Shown here piece after piece: positions 1 to 12,860 of a stretch of 64,000 nucleotides of DNA; position 1 is the first letter of the stretch; each line of letters starts with the position of its first letter. Location of the stretch: NCBI RefSeq assembly GCF_036321535.1, contig NC_087437.1, positions 97,962,001 through 98,026,000 on the forward strand. Reading direction: 5' to 3'. A program made the translations under genes and the position numbers. The stretch comes from Camelus dromedarius. Its lineage: Eukaryota. The notes beneath the pieces are model-generated. The model searched no databases. It was not told where the DNA came from and worked only from the letters and a program-made list of their open reading frames with translations.

Positions 1-674
1 TTAGCCTTCTTTATTTAATTACCTGGACAGATCCCCATGGCCTAAATACCATCTATCAGACCTGCTCCTTTTGTTCTTTATGTGATTTGGTGCTTGAAAA
101 ACTCATCTATTTTGAGCTCCTCTTTGGCTGCATGGGATTTATAGTTCCTCAGCTTTGTTAGGTTTTACTGTCAATCTCTTCCCACTTGTTTTATAATATC
201 TTCCAGGAATTCTTCACTTTTCTGGTTTTTAGTAGCATACCACCTAGCCTTCAAGTACTGTTATGGATTTATTTTTATCGTTTTATTTCTTATGTCATTA
301 GAAAAGGGATTTGAGGAAGCAGGAAAGCTAAACTCAAGAGCGTTTGGTAAGCCATCTTGAGTGAAAGCCTCTTTGCCTTTTTTTTTTTCTTATTATTACA
401 TGTAGACTTCTTCAAATACTTCCCTGCTTTCCCCCTCCTTTTTTTCAAACATACTTTTAAAAAAAAACTTGCAGAGACAGTTGTCCAATGGAAAAATCTA
501 CTGTATATGACAACAGATGTACATAGTCAGACCCAATCCATGACTGCTAAAATCCCTCACCCAAGAAGAAAGACAAGTTGACTCCATAGAGGTGGGTTCA
601 TTCTTTATGATCATAAGAAGCAGTTCTACCAGGAAACTGGAGTTCTACTTCTGGCAATACCGAAAAGAGTGATG

Positions 675-1425
675 TGATTCAGGAAAATGCAAATAAAAAT
701 GGTAATAAATTGCTACTCTATACTCACTAAAATGGCTAAAATGAAAAAGATTGATATTATCAAGTGTTGACAAGGCCCCCCAGCAACTGGAACTTTTTTA
801 CCATATGATAGTAATGAAAATTGGTGTAACTACTGGTGAAACTAGCATTATATACTAAATTTGAACACACATAAAGCCCATAACCTGGAAAATTTACTTC
901 TATATACTTTTTATATATGCATATTCAGTAGAAAGGCATATGTAAGTATACCAAAAGACACTTACAATAATGTTTGCGTTAGTAGTATTTTCAGTAGTCC
1001 CAAACTGGAAAAATCTTAATGTCCATCCATTTTGAGAAAAATGTATAAATATATTATAAATACTCATTTATTAGTATATACAGCATATGACTATTATATA
1101 GCAATGAAAATGGCAAATTGCTGCTATGTACAAGAGATCAGTCTCACAAAAGTTACAGTGAACAAAGAAAATACAAGAGCATATATTGTATGATTTCATT
1201 TAGAGAAAGTTTAAAAGGAGGCAAAACTAATCTATGGCATTAGATGTCAGGGCGGTGATAAGAAGAAGAGTGGGTAATTAGAATTGGTACAAAGTAAAAC
1301 TGGGTGCTGGCAATGTTCTTTTTCTTGACCTGGGTGGGGATTTCATGGGTTTGTTCATTTTTTTGATAATTCATCAAGTTGTACAATTTTCTGAGTACGT
1401 GTAACAATTCAGTTAAAAAGTTGCC
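675..1425 (+). mobile_element. Old LINE-1 3' end (L1ME-like)
   Basis: Decayed L1 3' motifs: aaatgcaaataaaa, aatggctaaaatgaaaaaga, ccaaactggaaa, ggcaaaactaatctatgg, ctgggtgctggcaatgttcttttt. Confidence 0.7.
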
Positions 1426-3849
1426 AAAAGAAACTGTCCTTGTTGAAATAAATAAATCCATTATGTCTAATATACATGAACCAACCCAATCTCTAAATTA
1501 TTGTATTTCTATAAGAATAGTATTGATACTTTTTGATATTTAACAATAAGATATTTATGATATTTGAAAGTTTTTAGAGAACTCTCAAATTATTTCATTT
1601 GGCTTCATGACATCATAATTAAGCATCCTGCAAACAATGTTAGACTTGTTGGGAAAAAACAGAATAATCCAGAGAATTGTCCTTTGCCATATGTGGCAAG
1701 GAACAAAATTGGGACTGGAACCCAAGGCTATTGACTCTTGATTTAACTTTCTTTCAGTATACTTACCAGACTCCACCCTGGAACCTTGGGACCTTGGATA
1801 GATTTTTTTTTCCCTCATGTTTCATCCCTTATTGAGTCTTCCTGTCTAATATCTATCCTAAGAACCTACTCTAGGCAATTTTTTAGTGACTGTATGAGTT
1901 AACTACTTTTAAAAGAAGCCTTCTTAGAAAAATTTTCTCATCCACAGGTGAGAAAATCAAGCACCATGGCAATTTGATAACGATTATGGGGAATAATTGG
2001 ATTTTAAAACACCATCCTCCAATTTACATTTAAGTTGAAGCCTCTGATAGAAGATGGTACTAGGGAGAGCATAGAGAATACATGTCCTAACTTGGGATAA
2101 GGTTGGGAATGCTTAAGAGGTGGGATGACAGAGGGCAGTAGAAATGAGGGGGGCAGGGAGATCATTTGATACTTAAGAGTTGTGGTTTATATTTATACAA
2201 ATAAGTAGGTTTAATACTCATGCAAATAACATATAAATATCAGGAGGCAAGGCCCATTGTTCTTTCCTTCCTGTTCCAAGTTCCTCTTTTCTCAAACTCC
2301 AGACTGTTCCATTGTCTTTTTTCCCCCTTTAAGGTTAAGGTTTTCCTTGATTCTCCTATTCCATTGTCTTCATGTCGATGCTATGTCCCTGCTATGGCAG
2401 AATTTGCTTTAGACTCTTGAGATGTATCTGAATTTAACAGTGATTCTTCCCTAGGAAATCTCCAGAAAGGGGCATAAAGACAACGAGGCAGTGGTTTAGA
2501 TGATCATAGCAAATAGGTGAAAAGTTGAGCACTGGTTTGCTTTGTTTATATTATTCTATCCCTTATCCAAAATTGTTTGAGAATCATGGTTTTATAAAAG
2601 AAAAGTGAACTAACAGTTTTACAATGCTTTCTAAATTTTGCAAGCATGAGAGACTTCTCAATGGAAATATAATACAATTTGTAACATTTAGAATCAATGC
2701 CCATATGCTTCAGTCAGATTAGTGACATAATCAAGAAAATAATCTATGAACTAAGAATGTATCTCATTCTAAAATAGTACCTGAACCTTATGTTATCTAC
2801 AGCATAAGTTTAACTGCTTTCATATTGAACATTTTTCTCAATCAACCTTTTGCTGCTCTGAAGAAGCCATTATAATTTTTTGAGTAAACAATGTCTAAAC
2901 CAAAGTGCAATGTTTATTCTCAAATACACGTTTGAGTCTTAACATTGTCGTTTTAGTCTAATCAAATATGAATTTCTTGTTTTGGGTGCTGGATTAAGAA
3001 ATAACTGTGTAATTTCTTTTCCCCCCTTAGTCTCTTCTCCCTTGTTAAGATACAGGAAAGCAGTTAATTATAATTTTAAATGGTGATCATAATGATTCGA
3101 AACTTAAGAAATTCAAACCACTCACTCAATTCTTTTTCTAGTCCATCACAAATCAATTTTATTTTAGTACGGGAGAAAAAATGATACCCTGTGAACTATA
3201 CCTGCCATCACAACTTCTGCCAATGCATGCAGCTCCAGAATCCTGACTTCCTTGGCAGTGTCCAGCTATTCAGTGAGTTTTATGTCTAATTTAGGACAAG
3301 AGAACAGAGGAAAAAAGATGAGAGTGAATTCTGTTCTGTTTGCCTCAAAAACTGTGGCAATAGAATCAGTGAGAAAAAAATAGACAAGCTTATCTTTGAA
3401 AAATTATTTTTATGGTAAAAGAAATACATGTTCACATAGAAAAACAAAGAAAAGTCTAAAAAAGAAAATAAAGGAAATATCTGTAACCCATGTCCTAGAG
3501 AACAACTGTTAATATTTTTTCCATTTCTGTATAGATTCTTCCTATATATACATACACATAGTACACAATGTATATGTGTGTATTTCCTATATATATGCAC
3601 ATGTATACACGCATATGTATGCATTCTTACAACCATACATTTTGTTTCATAATTTTAATGAATTAATAATAAATGGTGGATATGTTCCAATGCTGTTATA
3701 TGCAATCTTAAAAAAAACCCAAATAAGCTAACCACTTCTCCATTGCATATTTTAGGTTAACTATTAACTATATGTTGGTTCTTTACTCAGTGCTGAGGAT
3801 CAGTTTTTACACCAGAGAGTAATCATGTTGATGAGAGTAAACAATTTTG

Positions 3850-4690
3850 GGAGAATGATATTTCTATAGTAGAGGAATACCCAGGATTATATGAGAGCAC
3901 ACAGCAGGGAATTTGATTTATACTGAGGATATGCAGGATGTCCTTTCAGAGAAGGTTAACATCTGAGCTAAGTCTCAAAGGCTGAGTAAGAGTTTCAGTA
4001 AAAGGAGTGGGTGTAGATATAAGGAGGGAGTGTGGGTTAGTTCAAAAGATATGAGAGCAAAGCTCATTGGAAAAACTGAAAGCAGTCTCTCATCACCAGA
4101 GGATAGGGTAATGAGGTAGGAGTGGTGGAGTGATGAATGATAAGGCTAGAGAATTAGGTAGGAGCAGATAATTAAAAATCAGTCTAAATGTTTGAATTTT
4201 ATTCAGAAAGTACTTGAGAGCCAGGAAAGAATTTTCAACTGGGGAGTGATGTAATGAGATTTGCATTTTAGAATGCAGTCTGGGAATGGATTGGAGGAGA
4301 TCAAGTATGGAGTTATGGAGATTAGTTAAAATTCTGATGACCATGATTCTGTAAAAGGAGATGATGCCTAAGACAGAGGCAGTGGAGATGAAGGGGAAGG
4401 AGTAAACTTGGAGAGTTATGTTTGGGTACTAATATTGATGGGACTGAGTGACTGATTGTATGTGAAATATCAGAGAGAGGAAAGAGTTAACGGTCAGTTT
4501 TGGATTTCTGAGTGGAATCTGGATGGATGACGGATGACTGGTAGAGGATAAGGTTTTAGAATGAAAATGATGAATTTAGTTTTGAACAGGCTGAGTTGGA
4601 GTTTCATGTGATACTCTGAATATAAGTCATTGGAGAGAAAGTCTGGGTGGAAAATTTAGAGTAGATAGAATCACCAAGATGAGGGGGTAT
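3850..4690 (-). mobile_element. LINE-2 fragment; appears to continue at about 8385-8800
   Basis: Purine-rich L2 antisense motifs, e.g. gatttgcattttaga, gagtgactgattgtatgtga, ttttgaacaggctgagttggag. Confidence 0.65.
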
Positions 4691-4699
4691 TTTTCAATG

Positions 4700-7600
4700 T
4701 TGGTTATATCCTAGGAGTAGAATTACTGAGTCATAGAGTAACTCTACATTTAATTCTATGGGAACTGTTTTTGAAAAACTGCAAACTGTTTTCCAAAACA
4801 GTTACACCATTTCACATTCCTGCTGCACTGCATGAGGGTTCCAACTTCTCTACATTCTCAGCATTTGTTACTATCTGTCTTTTTGATTCTACCCATCACA
4901 TTCATGTGAAGTATTATTTCAGTGCATTTCTGTACAGACCAGTGATATTGAACATAGTCATGTGCCTATGGGCCATTGCATATATCTTCTTTGGAGAAAT
5001 GTTTATTCAAATCTGTTGCTCATTTTTAAAATTGGGTTTTCACATTGTTAAGTTGTAAAACTATATCTTATGGATGCAAGTCCATTACCAGATATGTGAT
5101 TTATAAATATTTTCCTACAATCTATGATTTGTCTTACATTTTCTTGATTACCATCCTTTGCAGTACAAGTTTCTGATTTTAATGAAATCCAGTGTATCTA
5201 TTATTCTTTCGTTGTTTGTGCTTTTTGTATCATATCAAAGAAAGTGCTGCCTCATCTAAAATTTGGGAGATTTACTCTTATGTTTTCTTCTAAGAGTTTT
5301 ATAGCTTTAGCCCTTGCATTTATGTGTATGATTCACTTTGAATTAATTTTTCTATACTGTGTGTAGTAGAGTTCAATTTTATTCTTTGCATGTGAATATG
5401 TAGTTATCACAGAAAAATTTGTTGAAAATAGTATTCTTTCCCCTCTGTATTGTCTTAGCACCCTTGTTGAAAATCAAGTGTCCATAAATGTTATATTTAG
5501 ACTCTATTCTATTACATTGATACATATGAATAACCTTATGCTCATATTTTGAAATCAGGAAGTCTGAGTAGTGCAAGTTTGTTCTTTTTCAAGGTTATTT
5601 TGTCTATTCTGTGTCCTTTGCATTTCCATACGACTTTTAGGATCAGTGGGTCAATTTCTGCAAAATTGGTGGAAGGAATATTGGTATGGATTGCACTGGA
5701 TATATAGACCATTTGGGATTATCATCTTAACCATGTTAAATGTTCAAATCCATGAATATGTATATCTCCATTTATTTAGGTCAGTTTCTTTCAGTGATGT
5801 TTTGTGGTCTTCAGTGTACCTGACTTTCACTTTAATAAAATTAATTCCTAAATATTTTGTTCTTTTTTGTGCTGTTACAAGTGGGATAATTTTCTTAATT
5901 TCATTTTTGGATTGTTTATTGTTAGTGTATAGGAATGCAACTGATTTGTTAATATTGATCTTATATCCTTCCACCTTGCTGAACTCATGAATTAGTTCCA
6001 ATTTTTTTTTGGTAGCTTTCTTAGGATTTTATATATAAAAGACCAATTTGTATGCAAATAGATACAATTTTTAAATTAAAAAAAAACTGAAGTGCAGGTG
6101 ATTTACAATATTAGTTTCAGGTGTATAGGAAAGCAGTTCAGTTATACCTACATACATATTTTTTTCTTTTCATAGTCTTTTCCATTATATGTTATTGCAA
6201 GAAATTGATTATAGTTTCCTGTGCTATACAGTAGATCCTTGTTTATTTATTTTATGCATAGTAATGTATATCTGCTAATCCAAACTCCTAATTTATCCCT
6301 CCCCCACCCTTTCCCATTTGGTAACAGTAGTTTGTGTTCTGTGTTCATGAGTCTGTTTTTGCTTTGTAAATAGAATTTGTATCTTTTTTTTAGAATCCAC
6401 ATGTAAGTACTATCATAAGATATTTGTCTTTTTCCATCTGACTTACTTCACTTAATATGGTAATCTCTAGGTCCATGTATGCTGCTGCAAGTAGGATTAT
6501 TTCATTCTTTTTTATGTCTGAGTAATATACCATTATGTATGTATGTATGTATGTATATATACACATACACCTGTTGATGAACATTTAGGTTGTTTCCATG
6601 TCTTGACTATTGTAAATAGTGCTACTATGAACATTGAGATGCATATGTCTTTTTGAGTTATAGTTTTCTCTAGATATTTATGCCCAGGAATGGAATTATG
6701 CAAATAGATATAATTTTAATTTTCCTTTCCAATCTGAATGCCTTTAACTTCTTTTTCTTACCTAATTACCCTGGCTCAAATCTCTAGTGCAATATTGAAT
6801 AGAAATAGCAAGCGCAAACATCCTTGTTTTGTTTCTGATCTTAGCAGGGAAGCATTCAGTCTTTTATTAGTAAGTATGATGTTAGCTGTGGGATTTTTAT
6901 AAATTATTTTTTTCATATTGAGGAAGTTCCCTTCTATTTCTAGTTTGATGAGTGTTTTTAATCATGAAAGAGTGTTGGATTTTCTCAACTGCTTTTTCTG
7001 CATCTGTTGAGATTATTGAATTTTTTTCCCATTTTGTTAATGTAATGTATAATGTAATATAGGTTGATTTTCTTATGTTGAACCACCCTTGCACTACTGG
7101 GATAAATCTCACTTGGTCATGGTGTGTAATTCTTTTGGTATGTTGCTGGATTTGTTTTGCTAGTGTTTTGATTGAAGATTACTATCTCTATATCCATAAA
7201 GAATATTGCTCTGTAGTTTTCTTTTCCTTGTGATACTTTTTTAGCTTTTTGTATCAGAATAATGGCTTCATAGAGTGAGTTGGGGAGCATTCCATTCATC
7301 TATTTTTGGAGAGACTTTGGAAATACTGGTTTTAATTATTCTTTAAATGGTTGATAAAATTTATTGGTGAAGCTGTCTTGTTGTGGGCTTTTCTTTGTGG
7401 GTAATTCTTGAATATTACTTAAATATATTAACTTGTTATTGTCTATTCAGATTTTCTACTTTTTCTTGAGTCGGTTTTAATAATGTGTTTCTTTGTAGGA
7501 ATTTTTTTGTTTCATTTAAGTTACCTAGTTTGTTGGCATACAATTGTTCATGATATTCCTTTATAATCCTTTTTATTTCTGTGAAGTTGGTAGTTATATC

Positions 7601-8285
7601 TTCTCTCTCATTCTTGATTTGAATAAACTGATTCTTTTAACTTGGTAAGTCTAGTAAAATTATATTTAATTTTGTTGTTGTTGTTGTTGTTAGTTGTTGA
7701 TCTTTTCAAAGAACCAACTTCTAGTTTTGTTGATTTTTCTCTATTATTTTCTTTCCTTTATTTTATTTATTTCTGCTCTAATTTTTATTATTTTCTTACT
7801 GCTGCTTGTTTTGGGTTTAGTCTACTGATCCTCATTTCTTAATGTGGAATACTAAATTATTGATTTGAAATTCTTATTCTTTTTTAATATAAGTATTTTA
7901 TCCAATAAATTTCCCTCTGAACATGACTTCTGTTGCATACCCTAAGTTGTGGCATGTTGTATTTTTCATTTTCATTGATATCAAAGTATTTACTTATTTA
8001 CCCTGTGATTTCTTCTTTCAACCATTGGTTATTTAGAAGTATGTTCTTTAATTTTCACATAATTTTGAATTCCCAAAATTTCTTTCTGTTGTTGATTTCT
8101 AATATTATTCTGTTATGATCAGAGAGCATACTTTGAATTATCTTAAATTTTAAATTTAATCAGACTTGTTTTATCATCTAACTGTATATTGGAGAATGTT
8201 CCATCTGCACTTGAGAAGAATGTGTATTCTGCTGTCTTGTGTGGAGTGCTTTATAGATTTTTATTAGGCCTAGTTGTTATATAGG
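4700..8285 (-). mobile_element. Decayed LINE-1 (ORF2 region), interrupted by a younger L1
   Basis: Minus-strand ORF fragments are L1 ORF2/RT peptides (ELIHEFSKVEGYKININKSVAFLYTNN, QGWFNIRKS, DAEKAVEKIQHSFMIK, LPNSLYEA). Many stops and frameshifts. Confidence 0.92.
6072..6696 (-). mobile_element. 5'-truncated cetartiodactyl-type LINE-1 3' end nested in the older L1
   Basis: The 3'UTR motif ggataaattaggagtttgg...gatctactgtatagcacagg lies on the minus strand. It is flanked by 21-bp direct repeats TATGCAAATAGATA(C/T)AATTTT at 6051-6071 and 6697-6717. Confidence 0.85.
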
Positions 8286-8384
8286 TCTGTGCTCTGCCAT
8301 TCAGAGATGTTTACTATTAGAATTTTTAAATCTCCTTATACATGGTTTCCAATGTTCAGGCAAAGTTGAAACCACTAGTTTTTT

Positions 8385-8800
8385 AGATAAAAGAAGATCA
8401 AGGGCATGGTTATAGGAAACATTTAAGATCTGGAAGTGAATGAGGAGCTTATGAATGAGACAGATAAGGAATGGTTCAGAGATGGATGGGACTTATATAA
8501 ATCAAAAGAAGAACGTTTCAGGACGAGAGTAGTCAATGCTATCAAATAGTGCCTACCTAGTTTAGAAAAGAGATTGAAAAATACTGATTTAAATGATCTA
8601 CAAGAGGTCACAGCGATCTTTGTTAGAGCAATTGCAGTGGAGTAGTGGGGCAAAATCCTAACTGTAGCAAGTTGTGCCGTAAGTGGGAGATAGAAAAGAG
8701 AAAGTAAGTTTAAACAGTTCCAAGGAAACTGGGCTGTGAAGGGAAAGAGAGATAAAATAGGTAGTAGCTGGAATAGAATGTGGAGTCAAGGAAATTGCTT
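8385..8800 (-). mobile_element. LINE-2 fragment (continuation)
   Basis: L2 antisense motifs gaggtcacagcgatctttgttagagcaattgcagtggagtagtgggg and gctgtgaagggaaagagaga. Confidence 0.6.
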
Positions 8801-9049
8801 TCGTCCAAGATTTAACTACTTTATTCATTATTCACAAATTTGTTTTGTTCTCTACCCTAGATTGTGGGACCATCATTAGTGGTTTGGGTTTGGTGGGGAG
8901 AAGGATGACCTTTCTCCCATGGGATATGGGAAAGAAATGTGATCCTGGATAGATAAATGATGCATCTAAACAGATTCTCAGTGAGACTGTATGGCTGTGG
9001 ATCTGTGAGGGACAGCAGGCTGAATATGCATAAAGTCTGAGAAAACTGA

Positions 9050-9315
9050 GATTAAAGCCCAGCTTCTCCTTACTAGTACTAGCTATGTGACTTGGCCAAA
9101 TTACTTGGCTCTCTCAGCTTCACTTTCCTTATATAGGTAGTAATACCAGTCTTTCAAGATTGTAGATTAATTGGGATAAAGCCAGGCAACAATAAAGAGT
9201 TCTAGTTCTGTGTCTTATATACTATATGAGAAGGGAAACGTTAGCTTCAGTTTTCTCATCAATAAAGTGAAAGAGTTGGATTATATAATCTTCAGGCTCC
9301 CTTCTACCTCTAAGC
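9050..9315 (+). mobile_element. Two adjacent MIR-family SINE fragments
   Basis: Core motifs tagctatgtgacttggccaaattactt and cttcagttttctcatcaataaagtga. Confidence 0.6.
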
Positions 9316-12300
9316 AAATAGCCCTGTAATATCTTTTAGTTTAGTATATGAAGAATAGCTTCATATACTTTGTGGGCGAGATGGACATTTGGAATTGATC
9401 TGAAACTTAAACCAAACTGTGTAAGATAGTTTATATTAGAAAGTCTTCAGAATTTTAAAGGATAGAATTACAAATAAACTTTGGAAGCTAGCTCTGCTGA
9501 GCTGGGGAATACTTTTAAACAGATGAATTCATCTCAGGGCGTATCATTGAGGGCACTTACCAAGGCAGATTTTAGCTCCCTTGAAAATGAGCTTTGAGGA
9601 GAGGCACATCTGTCATGATATCAGATCTCAAAGATTAGGTCTGTGTTTTGGGGGCTCCTAGATTGATTGTTCTGCCTGAAATATTTGTGTTTGTAACTGC
9701 TAGTTTCTGGTGGTTGGGGAGACTTTGAAGCAATAAGCCACATGGAGAAGGGGAGACTTGAAACCAACCAGATAGTGTTCAGGGAAGAAGTAAAGAGGGG
9801 GAACAAGAGTGAGCCATTGGATGCAGGAGGATTGGTGAGACCAGCAGAGCATAATAAGACCAGGATTAGATAAGGGATTCAGAGACATAGGAAGAGAGGG
9901 AACTGGACGCCAATTAAGGCTGAGATGGGCTAGAGCAAGAACAAAACAAAAATGGTTTACCTCCTCAGAGACTGATTTCTTTTTCCCACCAGTGCTCTCA
10001 GCTTGTTTTGTCAAATTCCCTGATATATTTTGGTATAATTTATTTGGGTAGTAGGCATAGTCAATGTGAAATTTAACCTCTCATTTCAGGGCAAGAATTG
10101 AAAATTGCACATTTTCTGTTAGCAGATTAATGCTTTAAAGGTTAAGGAAAATTGACTCTGTGATTTAAAGGAGATGAAACAATTAGGAAATAAAAATACT
10201 GAAAAATGATACTGTATTTATTGTAATTTTATTAAAAATCATTTTCCATACAACTTTTAACATGTGGTATCTCAACTGTGGTTTCTGCCTGAATTGTGAA
10301 AGAATTTCTCCTTTGATTTTTTATGTTGTTGTTGTTCCCCTGCTGATTTCTCCTAAGGGGCCTGTAACATAACTTTATATTTAAAATTAAAAATGCTTGG
10401 CAAATTTTCCTTTGGGGATATTCCAGTTCCACTGCTTGAGATAACTGGAACTGTTCAGAGTGGCCTGGGAGTCCCTCATCAGCATTGTCTGCTTTACTAG
10501 GAGGCTGTGTATCCTCTCAAGACACTTTGCTCACATTTGTCTTTTGGTAAGAGAGGGTGACTGGCAGGTCGTTGGATGGCCTCTTGTCTAAGTGGACTCT
10601 CTGGATGGGACCTTAATCGCTGGGTGCTTTGTAGGCAGCCGGGCAATGCTGCAGCTCTAGAAATCTTCCTTAGCAACCTGCAAATGGCACTAATATTACG
10701 AAAGATTTCTCCAAAGACAGACGTTTTCAATTAGCCAAATTACTCTAACAGGGCGAAGCTCAGGAAGATTTAAGGCAGAGCTGGTTGCTGTGGCAGCCGA
10801 GAGGCCTGGTCTGCCAGTTGAAAGGCAAGCACATCCTTTCGTGCCAGCTTGCAATGAAATGATTCTTGCAGTGACAGCAGATCTACTGTGCATGTTTGAT
10901 TTAAGGCCCTCGATTACCATACCTTGGTAATTATCATTGGGCCATGATGAGTCCTGGGGAAAGTACGAGTCTTAAATGCAGGGATCCAGGAGCCTAATCA
11001 AAATGCAACATGTAGACTGAATCTTTCTTCTTGATGTTTCACCTCTTTTCAACCAATTGTTCTTGTTTTGAGTAAAAGTGTAGCACTCTTTGCCAATAGT
11101 TGTGATTCATTTTCACTTTGCTGATCAAAATGTTGTTTCACAGGCTCTGATGATGTTCAAAACACCTTAGAGGAGGTGTGATTTTTCGCTAAATTGGCTA
11201 GTGTAGATCTCATATTTTTCATGAAGTCATGAGAAAATTTGTAAAGCCTCCTCTGACTCGTAAATCCTCTTATTCTGGGATAGCACTCATAAAGATTCAA
11301 AAAGGCAAACATTATATTGCTATTTAAAAAAATTTTTGCTGTTACTTAAGATCAATGATATCTAGACTAGTGATTCTATTTTTTTTTTTCCTACTTAGGG
11401 ACCATATGTTATTTAGGAAACAAAATTTCAGAAGATTTGTAAGTATAAGGGAAGTTGCTTTTTCTTGATGAGCCATAACTTCGATCGGCAGTATTATATT
11501 AAATATCCAGCTTTGCCCAATGTCCTATGTTTCATCTATGCTGAAGTAGCATGATCTGAAGGGTAGAGGCCTTGGCTTAATTCTAGAAAATCACAGGACA
11601 AATCTGAACTCTTCTTTTTTGTGAATAGGTGTGACCATGGAAAGATCCCTTCACACCTCTAGATCTCAAATCTCTTCTATAATATGATGGCATTGGAATA
11701 GGCCATATCTAAGTTCCCTCCCTCTTTGGCATCTATGATTTGATGAAAACAGGAGTCCCTGTTCTTGACCATTAAAGTACTTCATATATAATTTTTTAAA
11801 AATCATTATTTATGATACTCAAGGGACTGTTTAGGAATTTCTTTCTTCCAGAAATTTATCCCTGTCTTGTGTTATTACAGATAATTGAAATTTGGGAAAT
11901 TTGAAATCAGAGAGGGATTTATCAGCATCATTCCTATATTCATAGAGTCAGGGTTAGCATGAGATTGGCCCTTTTTGGTCTGTAGAATATTATAACCATC
12001 AAGACAACTATGTCCAATAGACTCATTTGGCTCACTTTTGCCTTTGTATTGTTGTATCACATATAAGTCCTGACTTCTCAGCTAGATGATGAGTCCCTGA
12101 AGGTCTGGGAACATATTTTGGGCCTTTCATGTCCCTAGCACCTACCATTTAACAGAGCCCCACAACTAATCACTGAATAAGTTACACAGCATAATTTTTT
12201 TAAAGCTTACAGAAAAAAATGTACAGGCTGAAGATTTACTTTCAATCACTGGAATGTAAACTGTTTTCTACAAAACTCAATGAAAAGGGAATGTAGGAAT

Positions 12301-12719
12301 GAATCATTTGGTCTTCTGTTGTAAACTGAAATCCACTCTGGTCTAATTGGTGGTCATTTGATTTTTAATTGACAGTACCTCCCACAAATCTTCATGTATA
12401 CAGCTAAGTAGTTGCTACTCCACAAATAGCTACCTAGTATAAAATTGTATTTATTACAAACTGAGATATTCTGGTTCTCAGTTAATAGTTTTAAGGCCTC
12501 AGAGGCGGGGACCACACACTTAGTATATTTCTGTGTAGTTTCCTCCTTCCTTCTTAAAACTGTAAATTGAGAACCAGAATATCTCAGTTTAGAAGGTAAG
12601 TATCCCAACCTTACAGCCTTTAGGGATGTCTTCCTTCTCTGAACTCCATGCCTGTTATTCTGTCCTGTTGGTTTGGCATTATGATGCATCTTTTGTAATA
12701 GGACTCTGTTGCTATTACA

Positions 12720-12860
12720 GTCTTTGGTATTTGTCCTGCCTCCCCAGCTGGATTGCAGATTTATTGAGAGCAAAGGCCATGTAACTTATGGTTCTGTATT
12801 CCAAGAGTCTAATAAAGTTTACTTATCTAGAAGGTGCTCAGTTAATATTTGCTGGAATCC
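12720..12860 (+). mobile_element. LINE-2 3' terminal fragment
   Basis: L2 tail motif tgagagcaaaggccatgt...aggtgctcagttaatatttgctggaat. Confidence 0.55.

Noticed and set aside
4771..8118. ORF-track ORFs as genes
   Set aside because: They are sense or antisense fragments of decayed LINE-1.
10940..11025. C/D-box snoRNA (ATGATGA...CTGA)
   Set aside because: No terminal stem, no host gene on this strand and no recognisable rRNA guide.
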